Positions 48,015 through 61,173 of a stretch of 61,173 nt of DNA are shown here, one piece after another (the stretch's first letter is position 1; every line of letters begins with the position of its first letter). The notes beneath the pieces were generated by a model, which saw nothing but the letters and a program-made list of their open reading frames with translations, made no database searches and had not been told where the DNA came from. Origin of the DNA: Acanthaster planci (Eukaryota); assembly GCF_001949145.1 (NCBI RefSeq), contig NW_019091362.1, positions 682,670-743,842 on the forward strand, read 5' to 3'. Both the position numbers and the translations under genes were made by a program.

Positions 48015-51000
48015 GTGAGCCTTTGCGTATAGTAATACGAATTACTATGCTAACTCGACATGCTCGAGATGGAAGCTCTAGTTAGCATGTAAAATGGCCT
48101 TGCCCAGTTATGATATTACGATTAATCATACATGTAGCCCCACGAGTTACCCCCAGAACTGTGGTATCCGATGTCCACCCCGCTTGGAGCGGACGTCGGA
48201 CCCGGTACCCCACAATTCTGGAGGTACCAACAAGTATGGTCAGAAGACTCACTTTGCTGCAGTGCTGGCCTGTCTTCGGCCACACATCTATTTACAACTG
48301 TAATCATGGTAATAATTGGGCACTTCTGCACATATTTGCACACACATAGGCCTACCATCTCATTGTCCTTTTCCTTCATTTTTTGGCCGATAGGGGCCTA
48401 CCTCGAACATTCCAACCTGAGGCTGAGTCCCCCAAGACAGCATTAACCCTAATGTGTTGTAGTAAAATGTAGTACTGTGCGCTGTCGCTTGTAAGAGGAC
48501 ATGACTTTATTGTTCTGTGAAGCCATAAGATACAACAGATATGACAATGTACCATACAGTGCTCTGGCACTATGAATGCATGGCTTTATTGTTCTCTGTA
48601 CAAGTAACAATGGAAGTAACCTAGCCAGAAGTAGTAATCTGTAGCGCTAGGTCCTTCAGGCTCAGACTAATACTTAGTATTTTGTAGTACTGTGTAGTGT
48701 AAGCCAAACAATATGCTTGGCAGTTAGGGTTAAACCTCTTTAAACTGCAGCCATTTTTCCCATGCACTCCATGCATTGGCTTGTCTAGGTCAGTGTGGAC
48801 ATGAAAAAATCAATGTAGTTGAAGTGGTTAAACAGTCAGGAAAGCAACTTTTCCTTGGATCAGCTGATTTCCTTATTTTCACTTCACCCTGATGTGTCAT
48901 AGAAAATTGAAAGGAAAGAGGTCCACATACAGATGCCAGTATCAGTAATTATTCCCTTAAGTGATCTGTTGGCCGTCGGAAAGAAAAAACATGTCCAGTC
49001 CATGTCCAATTTAGGAGGGAAAAAACGAAGTCGTTTACTTAGTTAGAGAACACTTAGAATTTTTCTGACCAGTCTCATAGGTTTTCTGCACAGGGTGTCA
49101 ACTGGAACGCTTCCCAATTGAAAACACTGTACAAAGTCTTGTAAATATTGAAATTTCCTCATTTTTGTCAAAGTCCATGTTTGCTTGCCTTGTGTATGGC
49201 AGAAATTTCAAATCTTGAAATGGTTTAGGGACTTTAGGAAGATGTCACCTAAAAATGCTTGAGGCACAAATGTGCACAGACGTGCACAGAGGTGTGCAAA
49301 TGTTTGCCTGGCAATAACAGTAGCATTGATGGACGTGTGGCCAAGAATATGGCAAGATAAGACTCTGGTCCACGCAAATAAAAGTGGAAGTAAAGTAACA
49401 GATTTCCTAAAAGATTGATTGACTGACAGTGTAGCGCTATTGACTGAGATGCAGGTGGACTAATTGGTACTAACATTTTGAAAGGTTCTTGTGCATAATC
49501 TTTAGCATTGTTGTTCATCTGTGATGGATTTCTAATTCAGTTTGAAGCTTACTGCATCGAGAAGTCTGCAAGAAACTCGCGTCCAGCATCAGTGCTGCTT
49601 TTAGAAATGTAAGTCAAAGTTCTTCCTGTGTTTGTGTTCATTTCCTGAAATCAACTGCTGGAAAAGGAGCCAATGACAGTAAATAACACTCAGCATGCAC
49701 GAATGTGATCACAGGGCTCCACCCTGTTAAATCCTGAAATTAATCTCCCGGATGAGATTTGAAGAATTCGAGCCACTTATCAGGGACAGATAGATTGAAC
49801 AAACAGAAATTTATAACATTTTTGTTCTTTTGGGTGCCAGTTGATTGCTTTTCTTTGAAGTGAATCTCTTAGATTGACTTTTTCTTAGGTTGACTTTTTC
49901 TTTTGAATTTATTTTTACACAGGTTCGAGCAGTTCAAACAGGAAACGGCGCTATGGAAGGAACTTCAGATAGTAACAGGTGCTTTGAAATCTAACACGGA
50001 TGATGAAAATGGGCTGTTCTTACAAGGTACATGTACATTGGTTTTCTTTAATTTGGTTGGGATGGTGGGGATTTGGAGAGAAATCGTTGAAAAAGCAAAA
50101 TGCACTCACATGCTGTCAACTTATCATGATATGTAGTCTGGAGAGAGGTATCTTAGATTTGATCCACTGGTTTAGGATTATTTTTGATTAATTGTTCTGT
50201 TCTTTATTATATTTTTCAAAAATTAATTAACCAGCCATTTATATACAGTACACTAATTTCTAGGTCAACTTTAATCAACAATATAGTGTCTTTGCAATGC
50301 ATTTCATCCACATGCAACTTTCTGAACCAGTACAGCATATTGAATGTTGAAGGTTTTTGGTTCTTTTGCACCTTCTGGTTCTGAATGGATTAGAAAATTG
50401 TCAAAACCCTTTGGTATGCAAGGCTTCCATTACAGCATTGAGCTTGATACTTGTAGATAAGAGTGGACTGCATAGGGTTCGTGACCCTCCTTTCTCATTC
50501 ATACCTCTGTACATGTATGTCATTGGAAGATACACTGGTGGCAGAAGCAGGGGGACCAGGGAGCCCCCTCCCATTCTTTCGACCAGGAGGGCATGGGCCC
50601 CCACTTTTTGGAAGTCCTATTATAACAGGGTGGAGCTCAATGGATCTGCTTATTAATGGCTGATGCCTGATGGTCTCACAACCGCCCCTCCAACTTTAAA
50701 AAGCATTCCACCACCGTTGGGAACATATTGACACAGTATGCCCCCTTTTGTTCAGACAAATACAGTGAATGGTCTGAAATCCTCCAACAGAAACCTTTTC
50801 ACAATATCAGTACGTCTGTGAGGCAAAAGCCAGTTTTGGCTGTCTTTTTCCAAAAACTCACCATCAGATGTAAAACCAATGGCTCTGCATTTTGCCACAT
50901 GTAAATCCCCCCCGCCCTTCCTTAAATAAACAGTAGTTTATCCCCTCACAGACAAAAACATTAATTGAATTTGATCACTTTTCTTTTTCTTATTTTGAAT

Positions 51001-54000
51001 TCACATTTTTATATAACAAGAAATGTTGTGTTTGTATTTTTTTCATGCCTTCCATCATCTCAGAGGTGTTTTCATCACTACCAGACAAGGCTCAATTTGA
51101 CATCTTACTTCTTAGTGCAGGTACTGCAAAGAGCATCATATATTTTGTTTGTCTCTATTTACCTGCCCTGGTTGCTCTGTTCTTGATTTGGCAAAACCAC
51201 CATACGAGAGACTGTGGCAGGGGTGTGATTTGTCTGGATTTTTCCCGATTTCCAAAATTTCTGTGAGACTATCCGGAATTTCTGTGAGACTTTCCGGATT
51301 TCCGTATATGACATTGCTTTCACTATGTAACACAAAGACTACAATATTTGGTGCGAAACTAAGTGAAAGACTTGCACAAGTTTAGGTGTATAGCATGCGC
51401 TTTTGCATTGTTACTCCCCCTGGAAATGCGCCAGATACATAGGTAATAGTACATTGAATGGAGGGGGTATCACTGTTAAAACATAGGGACCCAGGCCAGC
51501 AATATGATCGTTGTGTGTATGTACATGTACTGTACGTTCGCTGTGTGTATATGCACGGTACACGTTGTCGTTGTACGCACTGTGTACAACTTGCGTCCGT
51601 CTGCCGTTACGTTTCGTTTTGTTCTCGTGGTGGTCTGATGTCGTCGAAGTCCGTCAAAAAATGTCATATAAGGTAGTAGGTAGGGAAGGGGATCTGAATG
51701 TAGACATGGAAATTTTCCTTGCTGGAAACCGAGGTGGACAGAGAATTAATTAACCAAGGGGAAATGGATAATATATATATTATTGCAACATTCTCGAGAA
51801 AATTGACAGACCTGGGTACTGCAAGTGCCCATGGTGTCACAAGTAATGCAATACTCATCTGTATGAGACAGTTTTCAGTTTTAATAAATTGTGATAGAAT
51901 TTTGTAGATCACTGATTACTGCGTGTGTGTGTATTACACTTCTAGGTCTTTGATTGTCACCAATTATAGCTAACGTGTATAATTGCAATTGAAGTGAATG
52001 AGGACAAGGGTTTTGTTGCAGTAAATGTTATAATTGTATCCCTCAAAGTAAGAACAGCTCTTGTGGTGGCTTACATGTAGTACCTGAATCTCTTCCTATA
52101 ATCAAATAGATATGCCGCAAATTTTTGGGAAGCTGTGGCCGATGTGACTTGCAAACCCTCCGACGAATGTCTCATGGATTTTCATTTTCCCCAAATCACA
52201 CCCCAGCCGTGGAACTCTGGCCAAAAACGGGGGCTGTCTGGTTCCAATGGTATAATGGAATTTCTGACAGTCCAATTCTATTCTGATCAAAACTTCCTGT
52301 AAAATGTGACCCAACGCTGTCAACTTTTGCATGAAAAATGTTTTGAAATGTTTACCTAATAATGTCAGGGCATTGTTCTAATGAAACAGAGTGCCTGTGG
52401 AGGGCAGTGAAGTGTGACAGGGAGGGAAACAGTTTTTTACAAGACATGATGGACTTTCAGGTACATGTACATATACATGTAGTTGCTTCTTTTGAGGGTT
52501 TTGAAGTGGGTGTGGCCTAATTCGTGGGCAGAATTGAAGAACTGAAGTTTTTGATGTCTCGTGTGTTGCAGATCACTGTAGTGACATCTTGGAGAGATGT
52601 CAGCTGAAGTTATTGCTCATCAACCGATTTCCTGACGCCATCACTGAGCATGGGGTAAGCCTGCCATTCTGCAAGATCTTTTGTTAAATATTTCTCAGGG
52701 ACTAAAATGAATGAAACATGGGTGGCATGCAGGTATTGGTGAACACTTCGTATGCCACTCCCACCTTTTGCTTTGTTGTTTAATTGCAACTGACTTCTAT
52801 ATTCTGCACTTGACTCTTAGGAACCGCTCGTTGATATGCTGTTGGATGCGGAGAAGAATGAAGGAGAGAAACTAGCAGTCAACCGTTTCCGTAGGGTCAT
52901 GGGTCAGTTCTGTTTCTCAATTATCTTATTCCCCAGTTTGTTCTTTAGTCAGGGTGTGTTGGGGGTTGGAAAAATTCGGACAAGAAATAGAAGAAATCAA
53001 CTTCTTGTCCTCAGAGTGTTATCCTGAATGTCACAGGACCTCAAACTTTGAGGTTGTGATCCATTCAGGCATTGTTCAAAGAGACTAGCTCTCATTTATT
53101 ACAACACTGGCAGTTGATGCTTGCTGCTGCTGACTGCCCAATGTAACAAGGGATATGCAGACGTGCACATTTGCTGCACCTTAGAGGGAAGTTTGCCTCT
53201 TACTGCATCTGAGTTTCTTGTCATGTTAACCCTAACAGTCACTCATATCGTTTGGCTTACAGTACTCAGTACTACAAAATACTAAGTAGTAGTCTGAGCC
53301 TGAAGGACCTAGCACTACAAATTGCTACCTCTGGTTAGAGCACCCCCCATTGTTACTTGTACCAAGAACAATAAAGTCGTGCATTCATAGTGCCACAGCA
53401 CTATGGTACATTGTCTTATCTATAGTATCTTATGGCTTCAGCGAACAATAAAGTCATGTCCTCTTACAAGCGACAGCGCTCAGTACTACATTTTACTACT
53501 TTGAAGTATTCAGGGCTGTTTGTGTTAATGTTACAAATTTGTTTTGGTCGTGCAGCTGCTTCATACTTTCAGGACAATAATAAGGACTTGTTTGTCTGTC
53601 CTTTTAGTTGATTTTTTGACGGCCTACCTATGTTGGAAAGTATTCATATCACTTATTCATTTATATACAATGCAAGAAAAGCACAACTTTGATTGAAAGC
53701 ATGCTTTGTTTTTATCAGTAAAACATTTCATTTCAAAGCACGAAGTTTCTTTCACATGTCGGCCATTGCTGCCTCTATGACTGTGCATGTTACTGTATCA
53801 GGCTTTCAACAATCTGAAATTGTCAGCCAGACTTAAGTTCCTTTTTAATCATTTCTTGTTGGTCCAGTCCTTATATTTGAAGCAAGGTTTAGAGATTCAA
53901 AGCGCAGTGTGAGATTTGATGCTATTAAGTCAAAAAATTTCCTGAAGTAGAGCTAAAGAAAAAGATTTGGGGACTACTCAGGATCCCAAACGTAGAGTTA

Positions 54001-57000
54001 CTGTTCCTTAGTGGTACTAGTGGTGTAGTCAAGACCGTCACAAGTCCAGACGCAAGACCAGTAGCATGTTGAACAGTGACAAAGGAATTCATGCTTTTGT
54101 TGCCGTTCATTTGAATAGCTTGTGGCTTGAATTCAGACTGGAGGTCTTGTGTTGGTCTTGTGATAGTGTTCAACTCTTGTGGGGTCTTATGATGGTTTCA
54201 CAGTGTCTTGACTATATAGGCTAATCTTCAAGGGACATGACTCACACAAGGATTATCTTGTCATTTTTAGTTTGCGAAGTTCTCCCCGTCATCTGTGCAA
54301 GCAAGAAAGTGAACTGCCAGCCCAAGCAATACCACAAGTGGCTGCAGAAAGCGGTGGAGTTCTACACAGTCTATGCCACCCAGCCAGCCTGGAAGACAGC
54401 CGATCCCAATGGGACCCCCAAAGGGCCAACTGCACCCCTGCTGTCCCCCCAGGCAGGCAAGGGGCAGAGCTTTGGGTTTGGGGAGCTGACCCATCCTTGG
54501 GAGAAACTCCGTCAGCTGCTGGTCATGATCGCTGACAAGTGTGGATGGGACACAAAGTTTGTGCCTGATGAAGGCAGGTAGGTGGGAAAAGTGTGATCAT
54601 TGTCGAAAATTGTAGAATTGGTTCAATGAAAATCGAAGAATTTCTCGAGGAAAATTGCTTTTATGTAAGCACATTTTGCTTGGTAAATGACTTGTTTTTT
54701 TTTTAATCTCCCAAACAATCTGTTGTTGCATTTACAATCTAATGAAATCTACTGACTACCTTCTTTTTAGTCATTGTGGCTAGTGATCATTGTTTAAGCT
54801 TGTCCACCAGTCATGTTTACCACAAACTTACAATACATTTATTAGTTCAATCTTGATCATATCAGTATATTGAGGAAACAGACTGTCTAGTGATTAGCAG
54901 TTTTGCAGTATAAAGCAAGCTGCAAATTTGCAGTGAGACTTCGTAATCCGCCTTGAGTAGAAGCACTTTCTCATTGGTTGAAAAGAGCCATATTGGTCGG
55001 GAGTGTTCATTTTTGGTAGCGATGTGACCGCAATGTGTGCATTTCCTAGTCGTTCATGAACCAGCAAAGTTCATTTCCGGCCAAAGGAGCCTCCGCTGCT
55101 AAGAAAATTACGCCCTCTCTTGGTCTAGCTTGAGGCTTACACAGTAAAACTGATCATATTTCTTGCTGGAAATAAAAAATTGGAGAGTTTTGAGATGCAT
55201 CATGGTGTCAAATCCAACACTGTTTTGCTATTGTTTGCGCCATGTTGTTGCCAATATGCGCATGTTCGAAATGAAGCAAACAATAGAAAATGACCATTGA
55301 GTTTGTTGCCATGGAATATCTCAAAATTCTTCCATTGGCTGCATTTCATCAGTCCTCACACAGAGGTTGTGGAGCAAGTGAGCCCAATAGCAATTGACCC
55401 CCTGGGTTCTCCTCCATCCTCAGGCCGTTCACGGTGAACTGGCTACATATCAATGAGCATTACAGTCGGGCTAAGTCCAGTGAGGCCGCTAACGTCAGGA
55501 AGCCTGTCTTCTATTCGACGTTGGTCTTGTTTCTTCAGGCTGTGCATGGCTTCATGAGTGCTGTCGATCCTGAACAGTTTGCAAGTGAGTTTGAAATAGA
55601 TCACAGAAATCAGAGAATGAATATAGAAACATCTGTAGATATACTGTACAAAAGTAAGGAATAACTGATCATTGTTCGTGGAGGCTGAGGTGACATTCAG
55701 ACTTCAACCTTAAGGACATTGCGTACAGATAGTCAGTGTTGACAAAGACATACATGTATGGCAGACAGATACCATTGCTGCCATGCGCCTGGCATCCATG
55801 TGGAGGCACCTTTGGTGTGTGCACATTCTAATGAAAATTTGTCATTTTTACTTCCATGTATGTTGTAAAAGCCGTGCATGTGTGCAGTGTTTCTTTCATA
55901 CTTCATAGTAACATAGATCTAAGATCAAAGCCAACAAAAATCTGCTAAGGCTTGCCTCTTCATTATACCCATTTTAGATAACATTTTATAACATTTTAAA
56001 TTTTTGAATTTTGTTTCAGTTTCAACATTCTCCACACAACCGTCTGACATTTTCTTATTTCTTGTATAGAACCATGCTTCCTACCACTTCTATAAAGTGT
56101 AAATTGTTTTTGCTGATTATTATGGGCTCCTTAGCCCATAAGAAATGACTAAATAGAGCAAATTCAAAATACAGTGCACTACCAAGAGGTTGACACTGAG
56201 GGGACATTATTCACAATGCATTGTGGGAACCAGTCTTCAAGCTTTCTTACCAGATTCACGCGGGGAACTTAAATTCTTCCTGAAGTTTGTTTTACACAGA
56301 TTTGTGTGGAAATGTTCAACACAATATAGCCAGTACTGTGAAAATGTCCAAAATAATTTCAAGAGACTTCTGTTGCCGTAGTAAATGTATTTTGTACAGT
56401 AACTGAACCATTAAAATTGAATACACTACAAACTGTAAGCTTGACCACTGGACCATATTGGCCTGTGGTTTTCTGGGCTACCATACAAGAATTATTTATG
56501 AACAGAGAGTGTTATAAACCAAACCATTTCTAAGGATGGATTTGCATCGGGGAGATGTTAATTTTAATTTTGGATTTTTTGCCCTGCCCAATGTATATTG
56601 TTTACTCAATGTTTCCCTCAAAAGCTTGTGGAAAAAAAACACAAGTGTGCTCGGGTGGGACTCGAACCCATGACTTCCTGCTTACAAGTGTAGACATCTT
56701 TACCACTGGACCACCGAGCTTGCCGGTGTTGGCTGGCTGGTGCGAGTCAGATGTAGCAGTGGGTATAGTCTAGGTGCTAGATGTTGTTATCATTTGGATG
56801 CATGATAATCCCTACATACGATCCGCTAGCCGCCTAACTATGCACGCACGACTTGACTTTGATAACAACGTCTAGGTTATCCCTGAAAACGGGGGGGAAA
56901 CTAGTGCGCGTGCGCGACAATTTGTTTTTCACGCACGCGCACACATGCCATGAAATTGTACAATAGCCTGGTAGCTGCCTAGTTACGCTACTGGCTGGAA

Positions 57001-60000
57001 GTTTCAGACTAGTTTATACACTCTCACTGTGTTGCAATTTTGTGCAAAATAATGGTGGTGGATCAGCTAGTAGGCACGGCGGGCGGTGTAGTACATGTAC
57101 ATGTACTGTACATGTTTATACGATGAGGCTCGACTTCGTCAGCAAAGCACTAGCTAAGTAGCAGTTCATACGGTTTGCAGTTTTTTGGCTTGCGCTGGGC
57201 CCGGGTAAGGCCAACAGGAAGCATGACGGAAAAATTGCCAGGAGCAGGCCGGCCACATGCCCGATGGTGTTTGATATGTGGAAGACAACTTGATGCGTGC
57301 AAGAAATACCTCTCCATTAATCTGTTNNNNNNNNNNNNNNNNNNNNNNNNNNNNNNNNNNNNNNNNNNNNNNNNNNNNNNNNNNNNNNNNNNTATCATCA
57401 AAGTGAAACGCGAACCCCAAATCTTGACGGATTTGATGAGAATTATTGGAGAAAACCCAGAGATGAGTGGTTCTCAATATATCTGTGAACAGTGGAATAA
57501 CCAAGTCACCAGAGTACGGCAATTGCAGTGCTTTGAGAATCAGATTAAGGAACAATATATGGACACCAAGAGAAAACAAAGGGAACCAATCTCTCAGTCT
57601 CATGCAACACCCCAAGCACAACACAAGAAGAAGGCTGGACCATCACCTGCTGGAACTCCAAATTAGAATTAACAAAGCACAGATATTAAAATGAACGAAA
57701 AAGCTGTTACCAAACTTTGATACTCAAAGCAACGAATAAAAATCCATAAATGTACATGTACATACATTTCTTGCCTGTTTTCTGTTGACAGTGAACTCCA
57801 TGGCAACCTTGTTGTGGCACATTATATTTTGAATTGGCCATATTAGGAAAAATGAATTAATTTGAGGTTAAATGAAAGAAGTGGGGTGAAGTGGGATATG
57901 AATGCAAGACCACCGGAATGTTTTACTTGTGCTCTATAACCACATAGCATCCCTGACCCCCTGGCATGTCATCTTGCACTCAGCACTACAAAATATTACT
58001 TTGTAGTCTGAGCCTGAAGGACCAAGCCCTTCACTACAAATCACTACTTCTGGCTAGGGTACTTCCATTGTTATTCATACAGAGAACAGTGCAGTCATGC
58101 ATTCATAGTGCCACAGCACTGTATGGTACTTTCGTTTGGTCACTCACAGGCCCAAGGGGGCATGGGCGTGCATTAGTGACTGAATTTGGCAAGTCCTTAT
58201 GGTTTCAAGATGTATTTTTTTTTGCGTTGGGGAGATGCTTATTATATATAACAGGTTTGCCCTTACCCAACGTATATTAATAAGCACTGAGCTTACAGTG
58301 CTTATTAATATACGTTGGGTAAGGGCAAACCTGTTATATATAAATCCTTGTGTGTTTTATAACACACCTCAAACTAAAAAAAATCTTGTTTTTTTTTTCA
58401 GATTTTAACTGTTTTAATNCATTCAGCATTATATTAGGCAGAGTAGGTGAGTGCGCATAAGGGAAATATTCAGAGATCACTTAGACGTTGTTATCGAAGT
58501 CAAGTCCGATGTGCGTACGTGTGCGTTGCTTGTGGATTGTGTTTAGGGATTATCATGCATCCAAATAATGACAACGTCTAGCACCTAGACTTCAGTGGGT
58601 ACTGTGAATAACTATTTTGAAGGATGGATTTGCATCGGGGAGATCTGGTTTTTTTTCTCAAGCTTTTGGGGGAAACAGTAGACAGTGTTACAATATATGC
58701 TGGCAGGGCAAAAATCCCAAAATAAGAAAAAGCATGCAAAGTATGGCATATGTGTCATATGAATCCTTATCAAGAATAATGAGTAAGTCAGACCTCTGCC
58801 ACCTGTTGTGTCTAGTTAACGGAAAACTCTTCATAATTACTGAAATACTCCATGCAGTAGTCATCTTGTGTGTGGTCACAAAGCACCGACCCTGAAGGAA
58901 TAGCAAATTAGAATTAACAAAGCACAGATATTAAAATGAACGAAAAAGCTGTTACCAAACTTTGATACTCAAAACAACGGATAAAAATCCATAAATGTAC
59001 ATGTATATACATTTCTTGCCTGTTTTCTGTTGACAGTGAACTCCATGGCAACCTTGTTGTGGCACATTATATTTTGAATTGGCCATATTAGGAAAAATGA
59101 ATAAATTTGAGGTTAAATGAAAGAAGTGGGGTGAAGTGGGATATGAATGTGAGACCACTGGAATGCTGTACTTGTGCTCTATAACCACGTAGCATCCCTG
59201 ACCCCCTGGCATGTCATCTTGCACTCAGCACTACAAAATATTACTTAGTAGTCTGAGCCTGAAGGACCAAGCCCTTCACTACAAATCACTACTTCTGGCT
59301 AGGGTACTTCCATTGTTATTTGTACAGAGAACAGTGCAGTCATGCATTCACAGTGCCACAGCACTACATGGTACTTTCGTCTGGTCACTCACAGGCCCAA
59401 GGGGGCATGTGTGTGCATTAGTGACTGAATTTGGCAAGTCCTTATGTGTTTTATAATACACCTCAAACTAAAACAAATTTTTTCAGGTTTTAACTGTTTT
59501 AATTCAACTTTCAATCGCACTTCAAAAATGGAGAAAAAAATTGAAGGTTTATTTTAGTGTTCCTTGACACTGTCTTATTTGAGTTGCTATATACTCAACA
59601 AGGAAAAGAAACATTCCAGGGTTTGAACTGTTTCAATTCAGGACAACCTTCAGAGGGCGCAATAACCAGTCAAACATTTTCAAGACTAGTACTTGTCTCT
59701 GGAATTGATGCACGCATGCAATGTCTAGGCGCGTGTCAAGTCACACTGACTCCAAATTCATGTACTAGTACTAGCCTATGTTGGTGAACCACATGTGACC
59801 ATATTTCGGCCAACCAGGATAAAGAACTATGAAAAGGTGAGTTATAAAGTATTTTATGGCTTCAGAGAATACTAAGGTCATGTACTCATACAAGCCACAG
59901 CACTGTATGCTACATTTTACTACAAAGTAGTATTTTGTAGCTTTGAGTGAGGTCAGGGATAGCTATTCACTAGTACAATCTAGCTACTTGCCGATCATTT

Positions 60001-60225
60001 CCCATTTTGGCAGTGTATTTACGCCAGGTAGTGTCTTTGTTCCTGACGTTTGAATGAGTATACCTTAAAAATTTCATTGGTAAACATTCTGGTCCAGATT
60101 CCAGTACCAGTCCATCTCATCAGCCTTCTCTGGTCCTCCTGGAAGACCTGGAATGCAAACGAAGAGTCAAGAAACACCACAAGCACGCTCACAAGAGGAG
60201 GAAACTGGACACTGGAGAAAAAGAG
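47883..60225 (+). CDS. INTS10: Integrator complex subunit 10 (5' part, nine coding exons; continues past window end)
   Basis: Exons 47883-48014, 49541-49608, 49923-50026, 51064-51120, 52572-52654, 52821-52902, 54271-54577, 55424-55584 and 60098-60225, all GT-AG and phase-consistent. The joined protein matches recalled INTS10 motifs: WLVERA..AKALLITARTLHPQDFGIQ, LWKELQIVTGAL, LLLINRFP, VNRFRR..VCEVLP, KAVEFY, PWEKL, VFYSTLVLF, LVLLEDL..HKRRKL. Confidence 0.93.
48447..48729. mobile_element. piggyBac-like (TTAA) MITE family; relatives at ~53230-53515, ~57980-58130, ~59225-59375 and ~59850-59958
   Basis: ttaa|ccctaa ... ttaggg|ttaa ends; shared core gtctgagcctgaaggacc / catagtgccacagcact in the other copies. 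Confidence 0.65.
49541..49608 (+). CDS. INTS10: INTS10 exon 2
   Basis: ttcag|FEAYCIEKSARNSRPASVLLLE(M)|gtaagt. Confidence 0.85.
49923..50026 (+). CDS. INTS10: INTS10 exon 3
   Basis: acag|FEQFKQETALWKELQIVTGALKSNTDDENGLFLQ|gtacat. Confidence 0.9.
51064..51120 (+). CDS. INTS10: INTS10 exon 4
   Basis: ctcag|(E)VFSSLPDKAQFDILLLSA|gtactg. Confidence 0.8.
52572..52654 (+). CDS. INTS10: INTS10 exon 5
   Basis: tgcag|(D)HCSDILERCQLKLLLINRFPDAITEHG|gtaagc. Confidence 0.9.
52821..52902 (+). CDS. INTS10: INTS10 exon 6
   Basis: cttag|EPLVDMLLDAEKNEGEKLAVNRFRRVM|gtcagt. Confidence 0.9.
54271..54577 (+). CDS. INTS10: INTS10 exon 7
   Basis: tttag|(V)CEVLPVI..KWLQKAVEFY..HPWEKLRQLL..CGWD..|gtaggt. Confidence 0.92.
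55424..55584 (+). CDS. INTS10: INTS10 exon 8
   Basis: ctcag|PFTVNWLHI..KPVFYSTLVLFLQAVHGFMSAVDPEQFA|gtgagt. Confidence 0.88.
57660..59447 (+). repeat. ~540-bp direct duplication (57660-58200 vs 58905-59445) in INTS10 intron 8
   Basis: Near-identical blocks both starting aaattagaattaacaaagcacagatattaaaatg; a single N lies between them at 58419. Confidence 0.85.
58242..58343. repeat. Perfect inverted repeat (48-bp arms, 6-nt loop)
   Basis: ttatatataacaggtttgcccttacccaacgtatattaataagcactg-agctta-cagtgcttattaatatacgttgggtaagggcaaacctgttatatataa. Confidence 0.95.
60098..60225 (+). CDS. INTS10: INTS10 exon 9
   Basis: tccag|SSTSPSHQPSLVLLEDLECKRRVKKHHKHAHKRRKLDTGEKE|gtcagt. Confidence 0.88.
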
Positions 60226-60350
60226 GTCAGTGCTTGTCATCACATTTAGAAGTTTGAAAACTGTGTCACGTTGACTTCCCTTGAATCCATTTTATCAAAT
60301 ACGTGTCCATCTTCTTGCATGCAATAGCGTGACACAACCACGCATTTTAA

Positions 60351-60726
60351 CCCCTTCGCGCCAGGAGGCGGCTATAGCCGCCGTAAAAATTGAGATCCTC
60401 AGCCCGCTTTTCAGCTATTATTCTCGGCCCACGCTTGAGCGAACACGGTGAAAGAATACAGACCCTGGCTCTTTTACATATGGTAATTGGTCTTTGTGTG
60501 TAGCCCAGAAATGAAAAGACCGAATTTGCATCATAATTAACAGCTTCACAATAGTCCGCACTTTGAAAAGAGGCAATGGGAATTTGGAAGCTTGAGTAGA
60601 GCCGCATGCCACCGAACAATCAGCCTTTTCACCATGTAATTCAAAGCATGGAGAGCACGCAGGGCCACAAACCGAGAATCTGCGGTTTGGCAGGTGGCCT
60701 TCGTGGCCAAGCGAGGCTGGAAGGGG
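60351..60726. mobile_element. piggyBac-like MITE
   Basis: ttaa|ccccttc ... gaagggg|ttaa termini. Confidence 0.6.
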
Positions 60727-61173
60727 TTAAGTTCACACAGCTGTGTATATTAGGGCGTGGTACAGGCTTTCTTGTTCCGATAATAGAACACTCTTATGGA
60801 ATAATGACTGGCTGTTACCATCGAGGACCATTGAGGACAAGGAAGCATCCTTTGTTTTCATTGTATTCTGTCCTCTGTTAAATATGCCCATGTGTACAAG
60901 TCAGTGTTGTACGTTGGACTGCATTTGCATATGGAGTATATAGAGTCAGTGATTCTCCAATTAAAAAATGGGCATTTCGCCGTTTTGCAAATCCTGAATT
61001 CCACTTCAGAAATTCAAATTCCGTTTCATACCTTAGTAAGCATAGAAAAATTATGCATACATGTACACATGTAAAACTGTTTGCCCGACCTTACTGGTAC
61101 TCCCCCCTCCAAAAAAAGGAAAGAAAGAAAGAAAGAAAAGAAACGGATTCCTTTGGAAAGACTCCGCAATTTT

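Noticed and set aside
49095..49225. Possible F-box-like or extra exon in INTS10 intron 1
   Set aside because: Exons 1 and 2 already join in frame and collinearly with INTS10; no convincing motif.
56649..56719. tRNA-like sequence on the minus strand
   Set aside because: The anticodon arm pairs poorly and it is embedded in a dispersed repeat (also ~23690-23730), so it is treated as a SINE-type head rather than a tRNA gene.
57660..59447. 540-bp direct duplication as a biological feature
   Set aside because: A single-N join at 58419 between the copies makes an uncollapsed haplotype overlap equally likely; non-coding.

Overview
Eukaryotic (animal, probably marine invertebrate) scaffold with spliceosomal introns and gaps (N runs at 4262-4739, 21687-22212 and 57327-57392; single Ns at 5759 and 58419). 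The left ~47 kb is a tandem array of three minus-strand copies (A, B, C) of a four-exon gene. It encodes a LeuA/homocitrate-synthase-like DRE-TIM barrel fused to a C-terminal EF-hand region, and every copy is disrupted as assembled. The array is heavily invaded by mobile elements: an apparently intact BEL/Pao LTR retrotransposon, two degenerate DIRS-like tyrosine-recombinase retroelements with positionally conserved splice-site-like signals, a decayed Polinton/adintovirus-like segment (pPolB, integrase, penton-like, hydrophobic ORF, Cys-repeat ORF), an orphan C-type lectin exon, and many MITEs/SINEs. The right ~13 kb holds the first nine coding exons of an intact INTS10 (Integrator subunit 10) gene on the plus strand, head-to-head with copy C. 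All family assignments come from motif recognition by eye; no searches were run.
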